Part shown: positions 41,731 to 55,077 of the stretch, one piece after another | Numbering within the stretch: the first letter of the stretch is position 1 | Layout: each line of letters starts with the position of its first letter | Assembly (NCBI GenBank): GCA_012295275.1 | Contig: CM022677.1 | Span: forward strand, 558,001-622,000 | Reading direction: 5' to 3' | From: Chrysomallon squamiferum | Lineage: Eukaryota; Animalia; Mollusca | Length of the DNA: 64,000 nt | Made by a program: the position numbers and the translations under genes | Notes under the pieces: generated by a model | Databases searched by the model: none | Told to the model about the DNA's origin: nothing | The model's input: the letters and a program-made list of their open reading frames with translations, nothing else

Positions 41731-44700
41731 AGTTTTATGAAAATGTTTGGACGCATTCATTTGTTATGATTGCCTCGTGAAATATGGTATTTTGGTCATT
41801 TCGATGTTCGATCGCCATCGTGACACTTTTACGGAATTTTCAACATGCTACAGTAACTAAAACCGGTTATGTGACACGAATGAAAAGTAGCTGGACATAA
41901 TAATTAGTTTTTTTTTATCTAATTGTCTTTGAAATTTTGTCAAGCAGCTGCAAGCATGCTAACTAGTAACTCTAATCTTTACCTCGTCAAGCATGGTTAT
42001 TTCGACGTTAGATCGCCGAAGTGAAAGTGTCATGGCAGAACAAACTTCCTGTGTAAGGACTTACGTTTGAGAATGGATTATGCTGACTTATTCTTCTTAA
42101 ATTATCTTACATAAGAATGTTGGACAAATATGTTCCTAACAATATATTGGTATTTTCATCCATAATTGTCTCAATTCTCAAGATGTTTTAGGATTTAAAA
42201 ATCATAAAATTGACCAAACAATAATAATTTCTAAATACCAAATCAAATAAGCACTTGCTATTGTATTCTGTGTGGATTTAATTTGTACTGGTCATTCAAA
42301 TTTTGCATTTCTCTTCATATATATATTTTTTTTCAGTGTTTGGTTTGACCCACAGTTGCCATTTCATTTTGGTAATATTGTCTTTCATAATTTCAACTAT
42401 TTTTTAAACTTACTTCAGTTGTCTTCTCAGCTCTTTTTTTTTTTTTCAGTGAATAACCAAAAGATGCCTTTGAGTAACAAGAGACAGTGCCTAATTAGAT
42501 GTAACCAACCGAGCTTAGGTAGACAGCATCTGCAAGAACAGTATTCCACAGTTCCTGCAACAGATGAGTTTTTGAAAGGACACGTGCTTTATATTTACAC
42601 TAGCTGTGGTAACAGTCGAACAACAACAGTTAGTGAATTATGTAGTCATTTTTCACTAACTCCTAACCCTGTGTTGAGACTTTCTGATGAAGTGAAGAAA
42701 GTTGTGTACCAGTTCGATAAGTTTCGAAATCTGGCTTATGCTGTACAATTTACCAAATTTATGTGTTTATGTGAAGAAATTTTTTTATTGACGGAAAGCT
42801 GTAATCTTGAGGATGTACCCGGAAAACAAGATGAGCCCCAACCTGGACCGAGTTGCAACCCACAATACGTTACTGCTTCCCCAGAACCACACAATCTATT
42901 GGATAGCAGTTCATACTGGGGAGAAGATTGAGAGGAACCTGCCATTCCAATATTGACAAAACCACCCATGAAAACCAGGCAAACAAAAACTGAGGAACAG
43001 ATAGCAAAATTTCAAGAACAAAGTACCGTTTCAAAGGTGATCATGCATGAGGCAAAATCTGCTCTGTCGAACTTTTAAAAAAACCACGAACAACTGAAAA
43101 AGTACCACAGCGAAAAAAAGAATAAAACTGAATCAGAAACTCTGCTCTCTGCCAAAAACGAAATTTCTGAACTTAAAATAAAACTTGAAATAAAACAAAA
43201 GGAGATAATTGATCTCCAGAGAGATAAAATCCTGCTTGAAGAAAAGCTTCATGAGTCAGTTAGTAAACTAAAATTGACAAAGTATAATGGAAAGGTCTAT
43301 TCTGCAGACCTAAGAATGATGGTATTTGATGCCATTGTTAATCAGGTGCCAACCAGCAATATCCCTGTTCTTCTTCAGAAGTTTTTTTGGCGGTGTGGTG
43401 TTCAACTGAAGGACATCCCACACAGAACCACTACTGAGGCAATGACAAGGGAACTTGGAGTAATAACGGAATTACAGGCAGCTGAAGCTGTAATTGAGAA
43501 TAAAAGCTGCACACTTGGGTTTGATGCCACAACACAGGAGGCACACATGTGAAAGTGTCCACATTGCCACACAGAGAACTGTTATGTTGCTGCAGTTGAT
43601 GAACTGGCTGGTGGGACTGCTGATGATTACCACGAGCACATATCTGACTCCATTAAGAACTTACTAGAACATACTCAAACTTTCATGAGGATGATTATCA
43701 AACTGCAAGAACAAAAATAATTTCTAATATTTGCAATACCCTTACTGATCGATGCCCTGCAAATCATGCTGCAATTCAGCTTCTGAATGAAACGTGGAGC
43801 AAAACACTCAATGAATTAAATTGCCATTTGCATCAAATGGACTCAATTGCAACAAAAAACTCGTGCTGCTCTAAAGGTATGTGAAGCAGAAATCAGAATA
43901 GAAAAGAAACTTAAAGGGACAGACTGTTTGGCTGGAAACATAGTCAATGAGGAACAAAATGAGGTTTATGGATAGCAAGGGTGATCCTCGTGGTTTCATC
44001 ATTTTTCTGGACCACGAAAACTTGGCACGTGGGATCTTACCCAGATACAGAGGTAACCGCCTACATATCCTTTTTCATATATGTGGCGTTTTCACTCGCT
44101 TCCATAATTTATTCACGAGTTTTCTGCAGAAGGGTGTATCTTGTGGTGGTTTACGGCATAGCATCCTAGCAGACTTTGTGTCTGTTCCTGCACAAGTGGA
44201 AATGCAGGTGCTTGGACGTATTGGGAAACTGCTCAGTGGACCTTGGATGACCAAGTTCTACCAATCAGCAGTTGCCCCAGAACAAGAAAACCACATTCAG
44301 GGCATTGAGCTTGTCAAGCAAGTTATTGCCAAACTGAAAGTCATGCACAGTCCCCTGAAGACACTCTGTCATGCAAGATAGATTTTTTTTGGACATATAC
44401 TTTTGCAAGAACCAACTCTGGAGATGCTCCAAGCAGCACCTAAAGACATCTCCCTGTTTGCGAACATGGTGAAGAGTTGTTTGTATGCAACAGTTGTCGT
44501 CCCTGAGCGGCAGTACAACAGATACTTTCACTGAGAGACTGAGGGATGAGACAAGGTCGGCCAGATGTCACAACATTGATGCAGAAGAGATCATGGGGAT
44601 GTTTAGTTCCTTACAGAAGAAATCCCCAAATGCTACTCTCTGCTACATCTCATGTAAAATGAGGGCCATCAAAAACAGGACAGTGGATTATCTTGATGCC

Positions 44701-47055
44701 CTAGACACGGAGACAAGAGATCGTATTATTAAAACGGCGATCCACATGGGCCAACAACACAGACAGGACAGGCGTACCAAGAAGAATCTGAGGAAAGAAC
44801 AAAACAGGAGACAAGTACAGAAGCTGCAGGCAAAGGAGACCACAGAGAGGAACAGATTGGAGAGAAGATTGAAAAGTGTAGACATCGACAGACTCTCTGT
44901 TGAATTCTCGGATCTCTCAGAGTATAAATTGGAAAAGGTAAGTGAACTTTTATCAGGGAATTCAGTGGGTAGCATGATTTGCCATACGTGGATTGATGAT
45001 GGAGAAAGAGCAATATACAATGGAAAGATAGAGAAGATTACATGCAAAGGTAAGAAATATGTTGTAGCCTACTGGGGAGCAAATGAATCATGTGCAGATG
45101 CAGTAGACCACTGTATGAACATCCATGCTCTAGCTGCAGATCTCATTGAGGATGATCTAACTATATAATATTTAATTTTGAATTCTAGTAGATTTTATGT
45201 ACAGTTAGAAAGGTCAATTTATCGAATATTTCAAATATCATTTTTAATAAAATATTGTATATACATGTGTGCTTGCGTTTTAATTTTAAAATGTGCTAGA
45301 AAGATCTGGCGCTGTTGAAAATGATTATATTTCTATGTTTTTTTTATATTTTTAATAACTTATTGGTTGAATGTTTTTCCTTCTGGAATGTTCTTATTTT
45401 CAGCGAGTACATTATAGTACGTTTTCTACCCAACCGAAATTGCCGTATGTACAACTAGAATGGTGTGTCGCTTTTAATATGTTTTTTCTGTTTTTAATAA
45501 CTTGTTTGCTGTATGTTTTTCTTGAATGTTCTTATTTTCAGCGTGTACATTATAGCACGTGCTTAGCGAAATCGCCGTTAATTTACGTTTTCTACAGACC
45601 GAAATCACGTTGATTTTATTTACAATCGCCGTAAATTGTTTCCTACCTAGTCATGTGCAACTACAAATAACTGGTGCTATTTGAAATGATTATATTTCTA
45701 TAATCTATGTTGATTATATTTTTAATAGCTTGTAGGATGCATGTTTTGTTGGATGTTGTGACTTTTACTAAATATAATATGTATTCGTTCTGAAATAAAC
45801 GAATTAATATTGTTTTGCCGATTACTAGCATTTGATGTTAAACTGTAATCCTCTGCAATACATAAACTCGTATAATCCTTGGAGTCGACTCCAGAAAGGT
45901 GTTGCCGGTCTTAATTAGGAACAATACAATGTGTATGTAATCATGACAATTAAAGACACAGATATGGTAACTGTCATTTGAAGCAGACAAAGAATTTTCT
46001 TGGCTTTGTGTTTGTACTTCCTGTGCTTTGACAGCAAACAAAAGATACCTATCAGTGTATCATGTGACCATCGCTGATGTTTTCTCTGATAGAGCAAATC
46101 AACACTTCATGCAAAAACAGCCTAAGTTTTATCAATTTATGGTTTTATGATTAAAAAAATAGTGATAACATTCTATCACTATCTCTGGTACATAGATTCA
46201 TGTTGTTTATATTTTAATAACCTGTTGGCTGTATCATTGTATGTTTTTCTTCAATGTTCCTATTTTTAGCTTATTCATTGTAGCACGTGCATAGCGAGAT
46301 CGCCGTGCATTGTTTCCTACCTAGTCAAGTCACCGAAGACTTTATGTGCAACTACAAATAACTGGTGCTATTTTAAATGATTATATTTCTATAATCTGTG
46401 TTGATTATATTTTTAATAACTTGTATAATGCATGTTGTATTATATGTTATGACTTTTACTGAATATAATTATAATATGTATACGTTCTGAAATAAACAAA
46501 TTAATGTTTATCTATAATCCTCTGCAATACATAAACTCCTGTGATTTGACAGCAAACAAAAGATACCTATCAATGTATCACGTGACCATCGCTGATGTTT
46601 TCTCTGATGGAGCAAATCAAAATTTGAAGCAAAAATAGCCTAAAAACTTAAAACTTATCAGAATCAGTTTAAGATTTATCAGTTTATGATTTATCAAGAT
46701 TTATCAGTTTATTTATCAGTTTATGGTTTTACGATAAAAAAAAAATTAAAAAAAAGTTGTACGTTTTTATTTAATATTCTATGAATACCTCTGGTACTTA
46801 GATTCACAGAATACATTCATTGTACTGTTCTGTAGTACAGTTTGTTATGTTTATGATTTTTAATTCGCCATTTATCGCAAGAATTTTAAAAGCAAAACAC
46901 GAAGTTAGTTTATTTCTGATCGTATTCATATTGTAATGTATATACTTTAGAAATCCGAACACAGGAGAAAACTATGCATCCCAAAAGTTATTAAAAATAT
47001 AAACATAATTTCTATCATTTTAAATAGCAGCAGATCTTTTATATGTTTGTTACTT

Positions 47056-47087
<32 letters not shown>

Positions 47088-47243
47088 TTTTTTTTTGTTT
47101 TAAGGCAAGCAATATACATTTGTGGACATAACTTTTGTTATAAATTCATACGCCATTTGTACTGATAGCGACGACATGTACGTTGTTAGAAATATCGAAC
47201 TTTGACCTTCCTGGGTGCTAAAAATAGCCTTGCTAAAAATAGT
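41731..47243 (+). mobile_element. DNA transposon body around the transposase, with imperfect subterminal tandem repeats; ends approximate, no clear TIR
   Basis: Left arm matches 4259-4530 and right arm (45555-47243) matches 4537-5681; repeated blocks at 45300-46700. Confidence 0.55.
42464..45168 (+). pseudogene. Degraded DDE transposase with CxxH motif (Dada-like) and C-terminal Tudor-like domain
   Basis: Across frameshifts: LGFDATTQ, TDRCPANHA, LNCHLH, RYRGNRLHILF, GKLLSGPW, HNIDAEEIMG, KSPNA, KNRT, CHTW...YNGKI...YW. Superfamily assignment is from motif recall. Confidence 0.72.
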
Positions 47244-48257
47244 CGTGGTTAAGCAAAGGCGACGCCGCCTTCAGATGAGCGCTTCGTAGAGCGACACCGC
47301 TTTAGCTTTAGGGATGTTCACAAAGTTCGCTTACCCCCACCACGTTTAACACTCTCATACAAACTACTGATTTAACACATAACAAAACAACATCACCATT
47401 TAAAAGAGCGCATATTAATCTGTATTTGAGTGCAATTGTTTTTCATGTTAAATTTTACAGAAGGGATTTGGGAGGGGCGGGAAATGGACAAAATCGGCAA
47501 AAGGTTTACCACTTACGTTTGTTAGGCTGCTGGTATCTTAATTAATAACTTCTTTTAATTTTTACAAACATAATCGATAGCAGAGATTGGCATTGGTCTT
47601 CTCTGAAAATTTCATCAAGAAAGCTTGATTATTAACAAAGATAAAATGTTAAAATTATATTTTTTGGTCACAGAACTCTAATGACTTATATATCCAAAAA
47701 GTTATTAAAAATTTAATACGAAAAAAATTGCTTTTCAGGGGTTTTAAAATTGCTTGCTACTTCCTTTTTCTTTTTACATATTCACTTGATCTTTTTTCAT
47801 TTTAAAGTGGTTTACAAGCTCTACCCAACTGTCTTATTTATTTTCAGATTAGTGGGGTTTGAAAAATTTATCCACATACCTACAGATAGTAATTCCACTC
47901 AGACTAGTCACCATGACATACGGCACTACCTAAAATCCTATAAGTTAGCATCTCAGAAAACTTGTTTTGTAATGCCAAAATTAACTGAGAATTTCTGTCA
48001 ATATTATAAAGAGGATGGACTGTAATTAAGATTAAAAACGAACAAATCACAACATAATGAACGTTTGTAATATTATGTAAAATGTTTCAATTTGACGAAA
48101 GTTGTACATTTTGAGTTTCACAAATGTCTAATTTTGAACTGTTGCCATTATCTTTGAATTCAGCTTACGTTAACACGTCACACAGCAAACTGCCTAAATA
48201 ACAAGTTGGTATTTGCTTCATTAATTAAACTTTTACCTGTCTGTGTATCAATTTCAG

Positions 48258-48957
48258 GTGCTGATTTATACAGGTATTTGGAAGACGCGCCAGAGCGTGT
48301 TGTTGTCATCATCAGCGCTGACCTCGCACACACGCATCTCAGCACTGACCCATACGGCTACTCCAACGCATCAGAGCCATTCGACCATGTAAGTACAACC
48401 AGTCAGTCGTGCTTGAACCTTTTAAAAATACTTTAAAATTTCACCAGAACAACAGTATCAAAGCAGATATGTTTTGTAATAGCACCTGAGCATATTTTTA
48501 TATTTACGATTAGTAGGTGTTAAATAGACTTATTTATTTGTTTGAATTAATGAATGTAACTGACGTTTGGGAGGATTTCTAAAACTATTTATGTTTAATG
48601 TTATGGGTAGGAAAGAACATGCTGCAACTGTTTTGTCTTCAGTGTTGAAAGACTTGTGTGATTAGTACATAACTGATCACAGTTTGTTTTTGTTTCATTA
48701 ATACAGTTGTCACGATGGTTCTCATTATTTGAATATTTCAGGCTGTTGGTGAGTGGGCAGCGACTCTGGACGGCATGTTGCTGTTGAACAGAGCGGCTGG
48801 ACTAGTCGATCGCGCGCTGTCGTATGGTTACACGAGTCTAGTCATGTTACATGGTCTGTTAGAAACTGCCGGGCTGTCGTCATGGTTACCAAACGTTTTA
48901 GCAAACTATCACCCAAGTTACTACGGTATGATGGTAGCATCATTCGTTCAGAGATGA
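48258..48957 (+). CDS. LigB/MEMO-like protein exons C (48258-48388) and D (48742-48957); open, but SCG motif changed to SYG
   Basis: Acceptor tttcag|GT; VVVIISADLAH motif; donor CAT|gtaagt; acceptor tttcag|GCT; ends PSYYGMMVASFVQR*. Lies upstream of exons A-B. Confidence 0.78.
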
Positions 48958-49687
48958 AAAGAAGAATGACAAAACATTTCATATGGAAATGAAGAAAAAT
49001 TAGACAACAACAACAACAACGACAGCAACAATAATAATTATGATAATTATGATGATGATGATGATAATGACGGTAATAATAAATAATACCAAGAACAACA
49101 ATGGATATTTAGCTGGGAAGCCGTTGTCTTTTTTTCGCTACAGACTTCAGTTCGATTTTACATGTGCAGTGATCACACTTCTGTACTTGTATACTTCTTT
49201 TAACACAACTTGCCTTTGATTTCGTCACTGACTGTGTCTGTAGACGTGTAGGCCTGTTCAGCTTTGATGCAGGCCTATCACACTTACAGGTAACACAGTG
49301 TTTCGGATGCAGCGTTATCTCAACTTGTTATTACAGCTTCTTTAACGTTTCATGTACACGCCCTTTGCCCATAAAAATAACAAGAAAATAATGGTAATAA
49401 TGATGCTGCAGCTTCTGCTGCTGCTGATGATGATGATAATGACAAAGAAATACATAAAGGAACAAAAAACAAAAACAACATCAACAAAAAATTACCTATT
49501 GGGACAATTCAGAAAACCAACTCTTATAAATTAACAAGGCGATAATATAGATTTTTAATTCCTATCGATTATCATTATACAAATAAATTACTATTTCCTT
49601 CAGATGTATTGTTGCTCTTTAAGGAAAAACACAGAAGGGCAGGTAACTCTAGAGTCATATGATTTAAGAAGGAAATAGAAAGTCGAG

Positions 49688-50667
49688 ATGTGTTTTGCAA
49701 TTGTGATTGTGTTTTTCACGTCACTTGATTTATCTTTCTCCAAACTACTGGCCGGGTTCGTTCTGCCGCACGGCGGAATTGCTCTGGATCCGAAACATTT
49801 CAATACAACCAACCACACAGCAAAACAAGAAGCGTGGAAAATTCACGAAGCCTGCAAAACTGTCGATCAGACGATTCTGTCTTTATCGCCCGATATACTT
49901 TTTCTGAGCACGCCCCATGGTATTTCTGACTTAAATAACTTTGTGTTCTATTTAAATCCCACAGGAGAAGGCTTTGCAGATACTGATAATTGCAACTGTC
50001 CTCCTTGTTGTTATAAAGTAACCGCTAATCTTTCTAGCCAACTTTCGGAAGACATCGTAAATAAATTTGGCTCTGCTCGGAATATTTCGGGATTAAGCGG
50101 TTATGGTCCACTCGGTAAAAGCGATGAAGCATTTCCATTGAGGTGAGAAATTTCATGCATGTAAAAATGAGCATAAACACTTCTTTTTTAAATTAGCATA
50201 GACTAATAATGCTGACAGCAAGAAAACATTATCCTATAAAAACATAGTTATTGATAAACCAATTTCTGTTTTCGTTTAATGCAAATTTTCACAAAAGACT
50301 GAGGACCCACAATATGCCGTTTTCGAAACGTACAGTACATAAAAAAGATATATTTATTTCCAATCCTATTTATAATATATTATATAGAAATGTTTCTATA
50401 TATTTTATCCCCAAACTGACATTATTAATAAATACTCTTGTAAAGTAGAGTCATACATTATTTTCTTTTTTAAAATTTCGTTTTCTTGTATTCATTTTGT
50501 TACATATTTATTTATTTATTTATTTATTTGGCACATATTAAGATGGGGTGAAGTGATCCCAGGTCATTTGATACCAGATCTGGAAAACACAAAAGTTGTA
50601 ATTCTCTCGCAGCCCAGCAGACGATATACACATGATGTTGTCATGATACCAGAACTTCTCCATTTAG
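49688..50667 (+). CDS. LigB/MEMO-like (class III extradiol dioxygenase fold) protein, exons A (49688-50142) and B (50543-50667); both open, with predicted signal peptide
   Basis: Exon A: MCFAIVIVFFTSLDLSFS hydrophobic leader, LPHGG, LSTPHG. Donor AG|gtgaga at 50142 and acceptor taag|A at 50543 join in frame to FPLR-WGEVIP. Exon B ends G|gtattt (phase 1), matching the exon C acceptor. No downstream + strand C/D exons before the gap. Confidence 0.8.
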
Positions 50668-53190
50668 GTATTTCACTGTTTGTCTGTATGTGTGTAAAAA
50701 TTACATACGATTTGTAAACATTAGTTTATTGGTTACGTAAAATGCCCTCGTCGCAGATTTGAGCTTCCTTTTAATAAATTTTTTTTTGACTTTATCAATA
50801 TTTTAGAACACCAAATGGATTATCGAAACGAGTTAAATCGAACAAAGAAACAACAACACAGACAATACATAATAATAAGGAACAAATTAAAATAAATATA
50901 TAAATAAAAATAAAAATAAAAATCTGGAATGACATCATTTTACAGGAAGATGTTATTAGAATGTATTTTCTTGAAGAGATAAAGTAGATGTTATTAATAA
51001 TAAAAAGTATTTATGTGCTGGCATGTCTTTACGGACGAGTATGGTAAGCAATTGTCTATTCTTGTTTTGATAGGGTGTAATGTTCAATTAACCTGTGTCA
51101 ATAACATTTATTGTAGGTTTTTAATGTCCTCCGTGCAGATTCTTATTTTGTCTTGGTTCCCTTTATAACCTTAGTCGTATCATTAATCAAAATTACTGAA
51201 ACGTGTGTTTTATGATTGTATAATGTATTATTATCAAGTCACCTGTATATCATAATTAAATAATTAATGTAAACCTTAACTTGTATAGTGGATAGGTAGA
51301 CTTACTGATTTATATAGTTTGCTGTCATTTTAGCGTTTATATTCCTTGTTAGGTGGCCATTAAAGCACCTTGTTACCCTACACTGAGCCTTAATAAAACA
51401 TCCAATGTGTTTAAAGGTGTGAGCCCCGTGACAGTCGTCTCTTTATAACACTCCACAGTGAACCATCATAACACATTTGTGAACAGCAGTATTTAAACAT
51501 ACTCTAATTAATACGCATTGGAAAATTACCCGATTTATACCATCAGCCAGTTTCATTCATCTGCAGTCATAAAGCAAACCAGTTTTCATTTTGTGTCGTA
51601 TTTCATCAGTAAAGTTTTTATTTTCTATGTAGCTATATTTAAAAAAAACTGAAATAAAAAAAACTTTCACTGCTATTCAGCTTGGTACGGTGTGACAACT
51701 TCATTAGTGCCTCTTTGCCAGACTTGTTTTTAATTGTAATTTTGTTTTCTTTGAAGTGAATTATAGAATATTAACTAAATCTTTATTTTTATATGCCCCT
51801 TAAAGCAGAATGTCTGCTACATTTTATCTTAAATATCTTATTATATTACCATAATATTTATTTAGTTATGTTGTATAATCATGTTTATAATTTATATTTT
51901 TACAGTCCTTAACTCTTTACGTGATTAATGACAGAAAATAGGGTTAAATACACAAAAACTAAATAGCAGAGCCTAAATCTATTACTGTTGAATTTTTCAT
52001 AGTGTTATTCTATTACATTTATAAAAACAAAGATAACGTATTTTAATAATTAAAATATTATTTAGAAAGATCAAGTAACCAACTGGGCTGAATTAGTTTT
52101 GTATTATTTGTCAACGCTATTTGCTTTGATAACGTATCGTCGAATCGTGCGATTTAACTATGTAACCATATATTACCCTTGAGGGTTAATTTGTGTAAAC
52201 AGCATATACATATATATATATATAAAAACAATTATCCATACTGAATTCGTGTTTGTGGTATTGTTCTCTTGTGGATACAGAATAGTCATTTAATAGTTAA
52301 GCTGTCTGAGATAATTAACACCATGTCACGTAACGCTATTATAGTCTGCTGCCCTTTCAGGTACTAATACCACTCAGACTAGTCACATGACATATGCACT
52401 ACCTTCTGATTTCGAGTGAAAATTCCACAGCAAAAGAACGTATACATATCAGCTATGTCTCTGCAGGAACTCAATTTTAGAAGTAGTTTAACTTCTTAAA
52501 CAATGGCAGTAATTTGCATGTAATTAGACCACAGTGTGAGAAGAAATGACCACACTTCTTTGAAGGATTAATAAACAATGATCCCATGTCTTGGAATAAT
52601 ATCTGCAGCTAGATGAATGAGACTATTTTCATTGTGTTGTGATACTTAAGTAAATTCACTCATTTACATTTAGTGTGAAAAGTAGAATCTGCATAAATAC
52701 ATGTGAGCACATTTTGTGTTGTTTATTGCATGTTGTCATTCACAATGGACAGAGTGATCTAAAAGATGACAATGCATTTTAAAGTGAAATTAATAGAAGA
52801 TATTTCATCAGATCCATTGTGCAAACAAAAAGATAAGTCACTTAATACAGAAAAACAGAGACTAGCTGTCATTCTATAACATAATGACTATCACCAGACA
52901 TTGTACAAAACCAAGATTTTGGCAGAGAGAAAATGAATAAATACTAGCAAGTTAACAAAACTTGAACTGATGGTTGCATCAAAGCTTTCAGCAAGAAACA
53001 AACAACATATCATCCATTTACAATCTGATTTTAGTTTTTTTATATACAACATGAGAAAAATAGAAAAGTTTTTTGTTAAAACTTTGGTAGGAGAGTACTG
53101 TGTTTATGTCTCGTGTTACAAGTTATCTTACACTTTGATGTAATTTAACACATTTTATTTGTAAACAGTGAATCAAACTGATCTTCCTTT

Positions 53191-53390
53191 NNNNNNNNNN
53201 NNNNNNNNNNNNNNNNNNNNNNNNNNNNNNNNNNNNNNNNNNNNNNNNNNNNNNNNNNNNNNNNNNNNNNNNNNNNNNNNNNNNNNNNNNNNNNNNNNNN
53301 NNNNNNNNNNNNNNNNNNNNNNNNNNNNNNNNNNNNNNNNNNNNNNNNNNNNNNNNNNNNNNNNNNNNNNNNNNNNNNNNNNNNNNNNNN
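53191..53390. other. Assembly gap, 200 N; orientation of the LigB-like unit flips across it
   Basis: N-run. Confidence 1.
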
Positions 53391-53441
53391 GAAAGATAAA
53401 TCAAGTGATGTGAAAAACACAATCACAATTGCAAAAGACAT
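53391..53441 (-). CDS. Start of LigB/MEMO-like exon A, cut by the assembly gap
   Basis: MSFAIVIVFFTSLDLSF then N-run; follows exon D on the minus strand, again C-D-A order. Confidence 0.65.
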
Positions 53442-54377
53442 CTCGACTTTCTATTTCGTTCTTAAATCATATGACTCTAGAGTTACCTGCCCTTCTGTGT
53501 TTTTCCTTAAAAAGCAACAATATATCTGAAGGAAATAGTAATTTATTTGTATAATGATAATCGATAGGAATTAAAAATCTATATTATCGCCTTGTTAATT
53601 TATAAGAGTTGGTTTTCTGAATTGTCCCAATAGTTAATTTATTGTTGATGTTGTTTTTGTTTTTCTTCTTTTATATATTTGTTTGTCATTGTCATCCTCA
53701 TCATCATCAGCAGCAGCAGCTGCAGCATCATTATTACCGTTATTTTCTTGTTGTTTTTATGGTCAAAGGGCGTGTACATGAAACGTTAAGCGATGCATCA
53801 CAGTAGTTTGTATCAATACATTGTGTTAGAAATTTTTTCTTTAAAACAGATTTATAGAAGACTACATGGTTGCTTTGGAGTAACATCAAGGTTTATTATC
53901 ATCACAATTATTATTATTATTATTATCATCATTATTAAAAACTGATTTGTAAGTGAGAAAATCTGAGGTAATAATGGCGTATTACTTTAGCTCCTTTTTA
54001 GCGGCCGCGCCTCACATTTTTCTTTCGTAATTCAGCATCATCGAAGCTGTAATAAAATGTTGTAGATAACGCTGCATCCGAAACACTGTGTTACCTGTAA
54101 GTGTGATAGGCCTGCATCAAAGCTGAACAGGCGTACACGTCTACAGACACAGTCAGTGACGAAATCAAAGGCAAGTTGTGTTAAAAGAAGTATACAAGTA
54201 CAGAAGTGTGATCACTCCAGATGTAAAATATCCATTGTTGTTCTTGTTATTATTTATTATTACCGTCATTATCATCATCATCATGATAATTATTATAATT
54301 ATTATTGTTGTTTGTCGTTGTTGTTATTGTATAATTTTTCTTCATTTCCATATGAAATGTTTTGTTCATTCTTCTTT

Positions 54378-55077
54378 TCATCTCTGAACGAATGATGCTA
54401 CCATCATACCGTAGTAACTTGGGTGATAGTTCGCTAAAACGTTTGGTAACCATGACGACAGCCCGGCAGTTTCTAACAGACCATGTAACATGACTAGACC
54501 CGTGTAACCACACGACAGCGCGCGATCGACTAGTCCAGCCGCTCTGTTCAACAGCAACATGCCGTCCAGAGTCGCTGCCCACTCACCAACAGCCTGAAAT
54601 ATTCAAATAATGAGAACCATCGTGACAACTGTATTAATGAAACAAAAACAAACTGTGATCAGTTATGTACTAATCACACAAGCATTTCAACACTGAAGAC
54701 AAAACAGTTGCAGCATGTTCTTTCCTACCCATAACATTAAACGTAAATAGTTTTAGAAATCCTCCCAAACGTCAGTTACATTCATTAATTCAAACAAATA
54801 AATAAGCCTATTTAACACCTACTAATCGTAAATATAAAAATGTGCTCAGGTGCTATTACAAAACTTATCTGCTTTGATACTGTTATTGTGGTAAAATTTT
54901 AAAGTGCTTTTAAAAGGTTCAAGCACGACTGACTGGTTGTACTTACATGGTCGAATGGCTCTGAAGCGTTGGAGTAGCCGTATGGGCCAGTGCTGAGAGG
55001 CGTGTGTGCGAGGTCAGCGCTGATGATGACAACAACACGCTCTGGCGCGTCTTCCAAATACCTGTATAAATCAGCAC
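54378..55077 (-). CDS. LigB/MEMO-like exons C (55077-54947) and D (54593-54378), inverted copy, open
   Basis: Reverse complement of the C-D unit; SADLAHTP variant, intact SCG; splice sites conserved. Confidence 0.72.

Noticed and set aside
47261-47305. Degenerate hammerhead (cagatgagcgct...agcgacac)
   Set aside because: Two invariant core positions are wrong and no stem I or III is evident.
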